Source: an uncultured Phycisphaerales bacterium (GTDB taxonomy: Bacteria; Planctomycetota; Phycisphaerae; Tepidisphaerales; Tepidisphaeraceae). Taken from it: a stretch of DNA of 64,000 bases. The DNA is taken from positions 576,001 to 640,000 of the forward strand of contig CAWBWQ010000001.1 in NCBI GenBank assembly GCA_963792535.1. Reading direction: 5' to 3'. Below are positions 10,515 through 21,387 of this stretch, one piece after another (within the stretch, counting starts at the first letter, position 1; every line of letters begins with the position of its first letter). The position numbers were made by a program, and so were the translations under genes. The notes under the pieces are model-generated. The model worked only from the letters and a program-made list of their open reading frames with translations. It had not been told where the DNA came from and searched no databases.

Positions 10515-11051
10515 ATGCGTTATCAAAACATCTGTATGGCCGGGTTGTTGGGGCTTGCTGTTGGGTGCGGTTCAAGCATGCAGGATCTGGGCGGCAAGCC
10601 CAGCACCAATCTGACCGACTCGGACAATAACTTTTTCAAAACAATCACTGTCGCCAACGAAACTGAAATCCAGACCAGTCAGGCGGCTCTCATGCAAAGC
10701 CAGAATCAATCCGTGAAGGACTTTGCACAGCATATGATAGACGATCATCGCATGGCGGAGGGGAAGGTCGGTGCCGTGGCCGCTGCAAAGGGCGTTGCGT
10801 TACCGAATCAGCTTGACGCCACGCACCAGAGCATGCTGGATGATTTAAAATCCAAGAGTGCCGCCGACTTTGACAAGGCCTATGCTGATGTGCAGGTGAA
10901 GGCACACCAGGAAACAATCGCTGCCGATAAGGATGAAGCGGACAACGGTTCCGATTCGCAGGTGAAGGCGCTGGCAGGGCAGTTACTGGACACGCTGCAG
11001 ATGCATCTGTCTATGGCCCAGAAGCTGCAAAATAGCCTGGGCGGCATGTAG
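10515..11051 (+). CDS. DUF4142-domain lipoprotein
   Basis: Lipobox-like LAVGC; VKDFAQHMIDDH, FDKAYADVQVKAH, TLQMHLSMAQKL. Confidence 0.85.
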   Translation: MRYQNICMAGLLGLAVGCGSSMQDLGGKPSTNLTDSDNNFFKTITVANETEIQTSQAALMQSQNQSVKDFAQHMIDDHRMAEGKVGAVAAAKGVALPNQLDATHQSMLDDLKSKSAADFDKAYADVQVKAHQETIAADKDEADNGSDSQVKALAGQLLDTLQMHLSMAQKLQNSLGGM

Positions 11052-11149
11052 TTCTGCAAGTTTATCACGTGGTCGAACTCCGCAAAGGTGAATTTGCGCG
11101 TGGCTTCTTGTATGGTTCCGTGCCACTTCACCTTTGCTAAGGTTCGGCC

Positions 11150-12643
11150 ATGCAGACAACTGTTCATTTAGACACTTCCTTCAATGCCGGTCCGATCGAT
11201 CGCCGGATTTTTGGGGGATTTCTCGAGCACCTGGGACGCGCGGTTTATGAGGGGGTCTACGATCCTGGGAATATCCTTAGCGACGAGCATGGATTTCGGC
11301 AGGATGTGATCGAACTGCTCAAGCCGCTGGGAATGCCGACAATACGCTATCCCGGCGGGAATTTTGTCAGCGCGTATGATTGGCGCGACGGCGTGGGCCC
11401 GCGCGAACGACGGCGCGTCAGGCCTGATTACGCCTGGCGAAGTCGCGAGACCAATCAGTTTGGCACAGATGAGTTTATGAGCTGGTGCAAGGCGCTCGGC
11501 ACCGAGCCGATGATGGCTGTAAATCTAGGAACACTTGGTACCGCTGCCGCCGGCGAGCTGGTTGAATACTGTAATTTGCCAACCGGCTGCTACTGGTCCG
11601 ATCAGCGAAAAGCCAATGGTCATGCCGATCCCTACAACGTGAAACTGTGGTGCCTGGGCAACGAGATGGACGGCGTCTGGCAGGCGGGGCATGTTCCCGC
11701 GGATGAGTATGCAAGGCGCGCGTTCCAGGCGTCGGTCATGATGAAAGGTTTGGACCGCAGCATCCAGACCACCGCCTGCGGTTCCAGCGGGCGATTCATG
11801 AATACCTATCTCCAGTGGGACCGCACGGTCCTGGAGTATTGCTGGGACCAGGTCGATTTCATCTCCGCTCATCGTTACAGCAACAACGACCGCCAGGACA
11901 GCGCCTGGTTTTTAGCCGAGGGTGTTGAGGTCGACCGCGTCATCGCTGACTACGCCGGACTACTTTCCTACATGCGCGGCGTAAAACGAAGCAACAAGCA
12001 GATCTATCTTGCTTTTGACGAATGGAACGTCTGGTACAAAAACCGGGTGATGGACGGTCACTGGGAAGATGCTCCGCATCTGCTGGAAGAGGTTTATAAT
12101 CTCGAGGACGCCCTGGTGTGCGCTCAATACCTGAGCAGTTTCATTCGCAATGCGGACGTAGTGAAAATCGCCTGCATCGCGCAGATCGTCAACGTGATCG
12201 CCCCGGTGCTGACCTGCAAAGTAGGCTGCCTGGTTCAGTCGATCTACTATCCATTCCTGCTCTATTCCCGGTATGCGAGAGGGGTTTCACTTAAGCCGGC
12301 CATTACCACCGGCACCTACAAAGCCGGCGATCGAGGCGACGTGCCCGCGGTTGATGTGTCGGCTGCTTACGATTCGGCCACGCAGCAGGTCAATATTTTT
12401 CTCGTCAATCGCGATCAAGGTGAGCCGGCGGTCGTGCATGTCAAAATCGCTGATGCGGAGGTTGTTAGCGTGCTTAGCAATGAGGTGATGGGCGGCACCG
12501 ATGTGAAGGCGTCCAATACATGGGAAGTTCCAAACCGCGTCAAGCCGTTTACGGAAGATGCGATCGTCACTGATGGAAACATTCGCGTCCTCGTCCCCGC
12601 GCCGGGGTTGGCTGTCGTGCGATGTCAGATCAGACGCCGGTGA
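11150..12643 (+). CDS. abfA: Alpha-L-arabinofuranosidase (GH51)
   Basis: FLEHLGRAVYEG, RYPGGNF, WCLGNEMDG, FDEWNVWY, AQIVNVIAP. Confidence 0.93.
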   Translation: MQTTVHLDTSFNAGPIDRRIFGGFLEHLGRAVYEGVYDPGNILSDEHGFRQDVIELLKPLGMPTIRYPGGNFVSAYDWRDGVGPRERRRVRPDYAWRSRETNQFGTDEFMSWCKALGTEPMMAVNLGTLGTAAAGELVEYCNLPTGCYWSDQRKANGHADPYNVKLWCLGNEMDGVWQAGHVPADEYARRAFQASVMMKGLDRSIQTTACGSSGRFMNTYLQWDRTVLEYCWDQVDFISAHRYSNNDRQDSAWFLAEGVEVDRVIADYAGLLSYMRGVKRSNKQIYLAFDEWNVWYKNRVMDGHWEDAPHLLEEVYNLEDALVCAQYLSSFIRNADVVKIACIAQIVNVIAPVLTCKVGCLVQSIYYPFLLYSRYARGVSLKPAITTGTYKAGDRGDVPAVDVSAAYDSATQQVNIFLVNRDQGEPAVVHVKIADAEVVSVLSNEVMGGTDVKASNTWEVPNRVKPFTEDAIVTDGNIRVLVPAPGLAVVRCQIRRR

Positions 12644-12724
12644 GAAAAACGTCTGGAACTTCGCCGTCAGTTTTCGCTGATCTTCCGTTTCGTTCCATTC
12701 AGCTTCAAATGCTATAGTGTTCCC

Positions 12725-13568
12725 ATGATTCGGCGGGCCGCAGATGACGATTTTCTACTGATTGCTCAGACCGATCATGCGATCCTCGCGCAACAGCTGG
12801 CTTGTCATTTCGGCAATGCGAAATTCGCCCCGTGTTCATCCAGCGAATCGATGCTGACCGCAGTCGCAATGCATGATCAGGGCTGGCCTTTGCATGACGA
12901 TCAACCGACGCTGAATGCCGGCGGATTGCCGCTGGATGTATTCGAAGTGCCGCGTGCTATTGCTTTAAAAGTCTGGGCAGAGTCGGCCCGGCTCGCCGCC
13001 ATTGCCGATCCGTATGCCGGTCTGCTGGTCAGCCTGCATTCTTTGTCACTCAGCATCAACGCCACCCAGCCAACTCCCGCGATGCACGAGAAATTTGACA
13101 TGCAGAAAATGCACGATCAGTTTGCAGTAAACAAATTCCAGCATCGCGAAGTGGAACGGCAGGAGCAGCTACGGCATCTGCTGCATTTCAATACGCACAT
13201 CCCATTAAAGCACGGAGTACCCGATGCGCGTCTTTCGCCGCGGGATGATCTTCTGCGGTTTGATTTTCGGCTGCTGCAGGCAATGGATCTGCTGAGTCTC
13301 TGCCTGTGCTGCACAAATTTGCCCCAGGGCGAAACCAACGACGTGCTGCCGGGTCCGACCGTTGCCGATGCGGTAAAGCTTCGCCTGTGGCGCAATCCGC
13401 AGGGCGTTCTGCATGTCGACCCGTGGCCCTTCGATATGGATCGAATTTCGTTAAGCGTTCCCGCAAAGCGCGTGGCGGGGAGGCCATTTGAATCGCTCGA
13501 TTCGTTTCACAATGCTTATCGCGAATGCGCGTACCGAGCATCTCAACCTGTTGGTTGCATCGGCATAA
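12725..13568 (+). CDS. DUF3891-family protein (C-terminal frameshift; probable true stop TAA 13566-13568)
   Basis: IAQTDHAILAQQLA, MHDQGW, PYAGLLVSLH, LQAMDLLSLCLC, VDPWPF. Confidence 0.75.
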
Positions 13569-13669
13569 CAGATCGAGCCGGTGTCTGGCACGCATGGCTC
13601 AGACACCGGCTCAACCTCAATAGCCCGAGGGTGCTTCCCATCCCTCGGCTGCGCGAAAATGATCACAGA

Positions 13670-13954
13670 TCAGACGGTCTTTTTCTTCAGGCCCGTCTTG
13701 TGTTTCAGCTTATGGTGGCGATGTTTCACGCTCGCGGTCGACACCGTTTTGTGCTTAAGCTTCTTGTGTTTGCGGGTTACAGTCGAAACTTTTTTAACCC
13801 GCGGCTGGGCTGAGCTTTCCGCCATTAAGGCGATGCCAGCCGGGGTTTTTCCGGTGTAATGCATGTGGGCCTGGGAGATCGACGGGATCACCGCCGCAAC
13901 CGCCGCCGTCGCACCCGCTATCGCTAAAACGTTCATCCATTTCTTTGCAATCAT
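13670..13954 (-). CDS. Small secreted Lys/His-rich hypothetical protein
   Basis: AAGGAG RBS, signal peptide MIAKKWMNVLAIAGATAAVAAVIPSISQA, basic tail (KHKKLKHK, KHRHHKLKHK). Confidence 0.7.
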   Translation of the reverse strand: MIAKKWMNVLAIAGATAAVAAVIPSISQAHMHYTGKTPAGIALMAESSAQPRVKKVSTVTRKHKKLKHKTVSTASVKHRHHKLKHKTGLKKKTV

Positions 13955-14102
13955 GGCAACTCCTTTTGCGTTGCCCCGCGAATATCGGGGCGCAATTTCA
14001 TCAAACACCGCGCGACACCGCCCGGTCTGATATGTTTATCGGACGCCATGGCTTGAATGCTACAGAATGTTTGAGAGTTGCGCCGAACCGAATCAGCGAC
14101 GA

Positions 14103-15221
14103 TCAAACCGACATCAGTGATATCACGACATCCGCCACGCGACTGGCGGCATCTTTTTTGCCCAGTTTGCTCGCTGCTTCCGACATGCTCTGCCGCTTCT
14201 GCGCGTTGCGCATGAGGGGTTCGATAGCGGGTTCAATTTTGTTTGCGTTTTGAACAGCGTCTTTTTCATCATCAATGAGGATTGCTGCGCCGGCATCGGC
14301 CAAGACTTTTGCGTTAGCGCGCTGGTGCATGTCTTTGTGATAGGGGTAGGGCATGAGCAGCGACGCCACGCCGCAAGCGGTGAGTTCCGCGCAACTGCTG
14401 GCACCGGAACGCGAGATACACAAGTCCGCGATAGACCACACATCCGCCATCGCCGGTGTGAAATCGATGACGGTGGCATTGACGGACATCCGCGCATAGG
14501 TCGAGCGAACCGCCTCGGCATGATCGCGCCCTGCCAGATGCAGTACCTGCCAGCCGGGAACAGGCATCTTGCCGAGCAGAGTTAACACGGCCTCATTCAC
14601 CGTCTGCGCTCCCAGCGATGCGCCCGTGACCACCAGCGTGTGCAGATCCTGTTTAAGTCCAAGTCGTTCCAGGGCATCTGCCCGGTCGGGCATGGTGCAG
14701 ATCTCGCTTCGGATTGGGCATCCGGTCATCCGCAATTTGTGCCGCTGATCGTCTGCCACATAGCCGGCGGTCTCTTCAAATTGGCAGCAAACCGCGCGCG
14801 TATATTTCATCAGAAAGTGATTGGCTTTGCCGGGCACCACATCCGGGTTCAAAATGGCCGTGGGAATCTTGCGGCCGGCGGCCATCTTCACCGCTACGCC
14901 CGCGGCATATCCACCCAGCCCCAGCACCGCATCCGGTCGCTGATCTTTCATCAAACGTTTAAGCTGGTCATGGGTTTCGCGTAACCCTTTCCAGAATCGA
15001 AGCAGACCACCTATCGAACGAACCACCGGCACAATCGGTTGCGTGATATGCTCAAACCCGCTTGCTTCCAATATCACTTTGTCGATTTCACGCTCGGTGC
15101 AGAGAAATACCAGTTTTGCGTCAGGCAGTCGTTGTCGCAGCTGCTCGGCAACCGCTATCCCCGGATACAGGTGCCCGCCGGTACCACCACCGGCAAAAAA
15201 AATTGTCTTCGCTTCGGCCAT
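14103..15221 (-). CDS. murG: Undecaprenyl-PP-MurNAc-pentapeptide GlcNAc transferase
   Basis: AGGGTGGHLYPG, GLGGYAA, GCPIR, GASLGA, SRSGASS, HQRANA. Confidence 0.93.
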   Translation of the reverse strand: MAEAKTIFFAGGGTGGHLYPGIAVAEQLRQRLPDAKLVFLCTEREIDKVILEASGFEHITQPIVPVVRSIGGLLRFWKGLRETHDQLKRLMKDQRPDAVLGLGGYAAGVAVKMAAGRKIPTAILNPDVVPGKANHFLMKYTRAVCCQFEETAGYVADDQRHKLRMTGCPIRSEICTMPDRADALERLGLKQDLHTLVVTGASLGAQTVNEAVLTLLGKMPVPGWQVLHLAGRDHAEAVRSTYARMSVNATVIDFTPAMADVWSIADLCISRSGASSCAELTACGVASLLMPYPYHKDMHQRANAKVLADAGAAILIDDEKDAVQNANKIEPAIEPLMRNAQKRQSMSEAASKLGKKDAASRVADVVISLMSV

Positions 15222-15295
15222 TGTCGGGACAATATCGTTTGTAAGGCCTTCGCTGGCAATGTTCGATTTTACCGATCGTGCGGTACGATTCGCCG

Positions 15296-15750
15296 ATGGA
15301 CTACATCGTGCGTGACTGCAAGACCGGGCGTGGCGTGTTCGCCGTTAATGCAATTTCAAGCGGGACTATGATCATGAGATACACCGGCGCGTTTCTGCGG
15401 CAAGCGCAAACCACGCCGCAGACACTTGCGCTGCAGATCGGTCCGGATCTCTATCTGGGAGAGTCGGGAAATGCTGATGATTTTGTAAATCACAGCTGCG
15501 ATCCAAACGCCGGTATGAAAATCATCGGCACCGATGTGCGGCTGCACGCCATTCGAGATATACGCCCGATGAGCAAATCACATTTGATTATTCAACCACG
15601 ATGGATGAAGACGACTTCGAATTCCAATGTCTATGCGGGTCAAAATCTTGTCGCGGACTGATCCGGGATTTCAAACATCTGCCCGCTGATCTTCGCAGGA
15701 AATATAATGGTCTCGGCGTTATTCCCCTCTACAACCAGCGGTATGTCTGA
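15296..15750 (+). CDS. SET-domain protein with post-SET motif (frameshift near 15567)
   Basis: GRGVFA, FVNHSCDPN, AIRDI; then in a second frame EQITFDY and CLCGSKSCRG. Confidence 0.85.
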
Positions 15751-15753
15751 CCG

Positions 15754-16722
15754 ATGCGGAAAATGAGCATGAAGCATCCGTTCCCTTTTGATCCAACGCA
15801 CGGCTACACCGAGCAATCTCTGCGCGATGTCACCTGCCCGGACGAACCGGGTGATTTTGAAATGTTTTGGCGTGAGACATATCACGCCGCAAAGCAGGTT
15901 GCCACCCAACCAAAACGAACTCTCGTCCGCGCATCCCGGCGGATGAATCTCTATGACGTTGAGTTCGACGCCTGGAGCTTGGATGGACCGATCCGACTGG
16001 GCGGTTGGATGACCACGCCGGCGAATGGAAAAATCACCGCCGGCCTCGTTGCCGGGCATGGATATGGCGGGCGGACCGGGCCGGATCTGTCTCCACTGAT
16101 CAGCGATGCCGCCGTAATTTATCCGTGCCTGCGCGGATTCAATCGTTCGGCCCGGAGTGATATCCCCGGCGTTGCAAATCAACATGTGGTGCATGGCATT
16201 CAATCGCGAGAAACATATGTGCATCGCGGCTGTGTGGTGGATGTATGGGCGGCGGCATGGGCGCTGATGGAACTTGAACCCTCTACGCGCGATTTCCTCT
16301 GCTATAGCGCGGAGAGTTTTGGGGGAGGCATTGGTTCACTGGCGCTGCCGTGGGAACCGTCTTTCAAACGAGCTTTTCTGGACTATCCCAGCTTCGGGCA
16401 TTACCCGATTCGATTGACCCTTGCTTGTGTCGGCAGTGGCGAAGTGATTCGACAAGCAGGCGGCTCGGCGCATCTGCCGGTGCTGCGGTATTTCGATGCC
16501 GCCTCGGCTGCAAAGTATAATGCGGTTCCCACAATGGTCGCTGCGGCGCTGTTTGATCCGGCTGTTCCAACGCCCGGTCAGTTTGCGATTTTCAACTGTT
16601 TGCAGGGGCCAAAGAAACTGTTCGTTCGCCAGACAGCGCATTTCGATTGGGCCGGTAAGGAGGACGAGGACCGCAGGGTACGCCTGGAAGCGGCGAAGTG
16701 GCTGACACCACCAGGAGTGTAG
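15754..16722 (+). CDS. Acetylxylan esterase / cephalosporin-C deacetylase (CE7-like)
   Basis: EPGDFEMFW, GHGYGG, ESFGGG nucleophile, LRYFDAA, FDPAVPTPGQFA. Confidence 0.85.
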   Translation: MRKMSMKHPFPFDPTHGYTEQSLRDVTCPDEPGDFEMFWRETYHAAKQVATQPKRTLVRASRRMNLYDVEFDAWSLDGPIRLGGWMTTPANGKITAGLVAGHGYGGRTGPDLSPLISDAAVIYPCLRGFNRSARSDIPGVANQHVVHGIQSRETYVHRGCVVDVWAAAWALMELEPSTRDFLCYSAESFGGGIGSLALPWEPSFKRAFLDYPSFGHYPIRLTLACVGSGEVIRQAGGSAHLPVLRYFDAASAAKYNAVPTMVAAALFDPAVPTPGQFAIFNCLQGPKKLFVRQTAHFDWAGKEDEDRRVRLEAAKWLTPPGV

Positions 16723-16905
16723 AATCACGTATCCACACGCACGCCGGTGGCCGAGGTTCGGCGGGACAGATCTGGTTGCAAAACAAATTTGATGTCGATC
16801 GCTGCAAGCTAATGCGTACCGGCAAGACGTTCGTAGGATATTGGTGTATGCTGGGTCTGACTGTCGCGTAGGCGCGATTTCAGCTGGCGGTGGATTGGAG
16901 TTGAA

Positions 16906-17634
16906 TTGCAGCGAAGGATCGAAAAAACTCCGGGTTCTAACAGTCGATCGGGTGCGCGCTCATCAAGGGCGGTTGTGGCTGTGCAGACTGTTCCGCCGGT
17001 TCCACCAGTGCCATCGCTGGAGGAAATCGGCGACCTGAAACCCGCGTTGCTGGGTAAATTCTCCGATGAGGATTTGATGCGCCGCACGCAAAACGGCGAC
17101 AAAAAGGCATTTTCGCTTTTGTATGAGCGATATAGCGCATCGGTTTTGTCCTACCTTTATCGCATGCTGGGGAATGTCGAGGATGTGGAGTCGATCGGGC
17201 AGGAAGTGTTTTTGCGGGCATTTAGATTCGCTCCGACGTATCGATATCCGCAGAAGCTTTCGACCTGGCTTTTTACCATCACGCGTAACTTGGCAATCAA
17301 CCAGGCCCGGCGAAAAAAACGCAACCCCGTGCGCAGTGTGACAGAACTGAATCTGGAGGGGGTGGATGTCAGCGGAGACCCGTATCAGGTATCGGCCCGC
17401 GCAACGGATGATGCGGAAAAACAGGAGGAAATCGCGCGAATGCTCAAGGCGCTGGATGATCTGCCGGGCGATCAGAAAGAAGTGATCGTGCTGGGCGTGT
17501 TCCAGGATCTTTCCTACGCGCAGATGGAAGAGATCACCGGCACCAAGGCGGTGACGCTGCGGTCGCGTATGTTCCACGGCCTGAAACGACTCGGGCGAAC
17601 ACTGGGCGCTTCGGTCAATGAGAAGGAAGAATAA
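16906..17634 (+). CDS. ECF RNA polymerase sigma factor
   Basis: SDEDLM..GDKKAFSLLYERY, QEVFLR, STWLFTITRN, LPGDQKEVIVL...SRMFHG. TTG start with GGAG. Confidence 0.9.
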   Translation: MQRRIEKTPGSNSRSGARSSRAVVAVQTVPPVPPVPSLEEIGDLKPALLGKFSDEDLMRRTQNGDKKAFSLLYERYSASVLSYLYRMLGNVEDVESIGQEVFLRAFRFAPTYRYPQKLSTWLFTITRNLAINQARRKKRNPVRSVTELNLEGVDVSGDPYQVSARATDDAEKQEEIARMLKALDDLPGDQKEVIVLGVFQDLSYAQMEEITGTKAVTLRSRMFHGLKRLGRTLGASVNEKEE

Positions 17635-17640
17635 TCGGCT

Positions 17641-18618
17641 ATGGAAGAGAAGCTGCAAAGTGATCCCTTTCTGCAGTTGCTGACAGATGCGCTGCGCCGG
17701 GCCCGGAAGTCCCGAATGGCACGACGCGGTGGCGCGCGTGAATGCCGGTGAAACAGGCACGGATAACGAATATGCGATACTCGTTAAAGCGCGGGAGAAT
17801 CTCGCCAGTGGAAAAGCATATCGCGAGGTGCGGCCTGGCATCGGTTTTACACGAAAGGTGCTGGCCAGCATTGAAAAAGATAGCGCGGCCTCGGCAGCGC
17901 GAAAATCACCGCTCAGCGCCAACTTGATTTCATATCTGGGCGCCGGCCTGTTCGTGGCGACGCTGGCCTTGATTATGGTCTGGGTGATTCAAGGCAGCGG
18001 TGGACCTGTTCAGCCGGAAGATCTGACGGGGATGTTTTTCAGCCGGCCGGTTCTTTCGGCGACGTTTGATCGGCCTCTCATGCCGGGGTGGCGCATCATC
18101 GGTCCCCTCACGGTGGACCCCGCGAAAGGTCTTGCGCCGACGGTAAAAAAATCTTCCGCGGATTACATCGGCGGGGGCGTTGTGTCGAGCGCTGCGCGGC
18201 GCCCACCGAACCTTTTTCGCTGGAGGCAAAGTTCCAGTTTCAGCATGTAAGCGACGAGGTGGTGCCACAGTTGTTTGTGACCGACGATCCGAATTTCAGC
18301 TCGGATAAAGCCACCAGCAGCGATGAACTGGTATGGATGGTGCGCGGCGGATTCGCGCAGACAGCCTTGCCCAGCGGTGAATTGGCCAGTGGGGCGAGAA
18401 AAATATCAGATGGACAATCGGTTTCAGTGCGAATCGTGATCGGTGCGCGCGATGCAGCGGTCATGTGCGACGGGCAGATCCTGTGGAGCGGGGCAAACCA
18501 GCTGAGTGCTGACAAACCAAGATACGTAGGCGTGCGATTGCTGTGTAGAAAAGATGACAAGCACGGCATCGTCATGGTGAAGGAAGTCCAGGAGCTGGCC
18601 AGGGAGTCGAGCAAGTGA
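17641..18618 (+). CDS. Putative membrane-anchored anti-sigma factor (two frameshifts, near 17700 and 18195)
   Basis: Starts 6 nt after the ECF stop (MEEKLQSDPFLQLLTDALR). Has FTRKVLASI, one transmembrane segment and a beta-rich periplasmic domain pieced from three frames. Confidence 0.6.
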
Positions 18619-18655
18619 CGAACGTGTTGCATGACCCGCGCCGATCGATCTGCAA

Positions 18656-19690
<1,035 letters not shown>

Positions 19691-19853
19691 CTTGAGCCGG
19701 GCAGAAGCGCTGTCTCAATGAGGCAGACACGCTGGCATCGTGTATCCACAAGGCTCAGGCGGCGATCGCACCGAGCCGAAAACTGGGCATGGGTGATTCT
19801 AATTCCCTGGTGCGGTGTTGTCCTTGATGCTGACGCAAGCGACAATCCATCCC

Positions 19854-20084
19854 ATGGCACTAAGCGCACGCAATCAATTTGTCGGCACGGTGGTTTCGGT
19901 CCGCAATGGCGCGGTCATGAGCGAAGTGGTGATCGATATAGGCGGACATCAGATCGTCTCGCTGATCAGCACTTCGTCGGTAAAACGCCTGAAGCTGAAA
20001 AAGGGGAAACAGGCCGTTGCGGTTATCAAGGCTACCGAGGTCATTATCTCGACCGATATTCCCGAGAAGGATAAAGCGCCATGA
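19854..20084 (+). CDS. Single TOBE/Mop (molbindin) domain protein
   Basis: MALSARNQFVGTV...LKLKKGKQAVAVIKATEV is the molbindin signature. Confidence 0.9.
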   Translation: MALSARNQFVGTVVSVRNGAVMSEVVIDIGGHQIVSLISTSSVKRLKLKKGKQAVAVIKATEVIISTDIPEKDKAP

Positions 20085-20458
20085 GGCGGCAGGGGAACAA
20101 CCCATCCAGCCCTCCAAGTAAGCCGATCCTGCGAGGGCGTATCTGGGTGGAAAGCGATGGCAAGCCTGCCATGACCGACGCAGGGGCGGATCTGTTGGAG
20201 CAGATCGGTGTGTGTGGTTCATTGTCCGAAGCAGCGCGGCGGTTGCATTTCAGTTATCGCCGCGCCTGGATGCTTCTGGACGCCATGAACAAACGCTGGC
20301 CTGCCCCGCTGGTCACAACCGCAACCGGTGGAAAACGCGGCGGGGGGGCTGTTGTCACCGAAATGGGCCAACGCGTGCTCAACACCTATCGCGATCTGCA
20401 ACTGCAGATTGAGCACCTGCTTGATGTTGCAGGAAACCCGTTCCATATCGATCTATAA
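20081..20458 (+). CDS. modE: ModE-family regulator, N-terminal winged-helix domain only
   Basis: LLEQIGVCGSLSEAARRLHFSYRRAW and TGGKRGGGAVVT. No C-terminal TOBE domains. ATGA overlap with the Mop gene. Confidence 0.88.
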   Translation: MRRQGNNPSSPPSKPILRGRIWVESDGKPAMTDAGADLLEQIGVCGSLSEAARRLHFSYRRAWMLLDAMNKRWPAPLVTTATGGKRGGGAVVTEMGQRVLNTYRDLQLQIEHLLDVAGNPFHIDL

Positions 20459-20470
20459 GCGTCGGACGTG

Positions 20471-20531
20471 ACGAAATGTAACGAAATGTAACGCATATAA
20501 ATACAAATGCGACGCTTGATAGAAATGTCGC
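20471..20531. repeat. Tandem 10-bp repeats and related motifs upstream of the ModE-box promoter
   Basis: ACGAAATGTA ACGAAATGTA ACG..., followed by CAAATGCGAC and GAAATGTCGC. Confidence 0.6.
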
Positions 20532-20570
20532 GTTGATGACTCTGCATGGCAAGTCCGTCCGTGCCCCGCA

Positions 20571-20600
20571 TTGACCCGTTGTATACATGGTTATATAACG
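20571..20600 (+). promoter_or_regulatory. ModE box overlapping a sigma70 promoter
   Basis: CGTTGTATA-CATGGT-TATATAACG (20577-20600) has one mismatch to a perfect CGTTATATA-N6-TATATAACG palindrome. It sits on TTGACC(20571-76)-17 nt-TATAAC(20594-99). Confidence 0.85.
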
Positions 20601-20608
20601 TGTCATTA

Positions 20609-21363
20609 ATGGTGCATAAGCAGCCAAGCTCCCTGGCTTTTACACTCGTCGAACTGCTGGTTGCCATCGGAACTGTTACCGTTTTGATTGCCTTACTGAT
20701 TTCGCTGTTGGGTGTGACGCGTGCAGCGGCGGGGCAAGCTCGATGTGCGAGCAATCTGAGGCAGTGGGCAATCGCCGTGAACATCTATGCCGAACAAAAC
20801 TACGGCTGGTTGCCCCGTCGTGGCCAGGGCACGATGCCCACGCAAACCGTCACCTGGTACGACGACTGGTTTAACGAACTTCCCCCTTTACTCGGCCAGC
20901 ATGCGTATCAGGACCTTGTAACATCGGGCACCGTTCCGTCGCGGGCACCAATACCATCTGGATATGCCCTGAACTGAGCGGCACTGCAAATACATACGGA
21001 AATCTGTTCGGCTACGGGATGAATATGGCCCTGTCGACACGAAACGCCCCGCAGCCGGCGCGGATGATCGGTATCGGTTCGATTTCGACCATGGTCTTCA
21101 TGAGCGATGGTCCTGCGGGGTTCTGCTCATCGGTTCCTTATACGCGTGCCACCAATCCGGCATTGGATTTCAACCCCGTGGCTCGACATCGCGGCCGGGT
21201 GAATGTTGCGTTCCTCGACGGGCATGTCAGCGCTTACAGCGCTGCATACCTGGGATGTGGAAGTTCATCAAACAGCGGGCATCCCGATGCGTGCAATCAG
21301 CCGGATGCAAGGTGGTACTGGTATTCGCCAGGGCCGTTTCCTTCGCCTTGGACGGGTCCTTAG
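20609..21363 (+). CDS. Prepilin-type N-terminal cleavage/methylation protein with H-X9-DG domain (DUF1559-like; frameshift near 20935)
   Basis: AFTLVELLVAIGTVTVLIALL, CASNLRQW, YGMN, and H-RGRVNVAFL-DG. Confidence 0.88.
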
Positions 21364-21387
21364 GAGAGATTTTTTAAGGGAGAGAAA

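Noticed and set aside
19691..19853. Moco/Tuco riboswitch upstream of the Mop gene
   Set aside because: Some pairing exists (TGAGCC/GGCTCA), but I see no recognisable Moco-motif core, and a promoter-like TTGTCC-17-GACAAT directly precedes the ATG. An Rfam scan would settle it.
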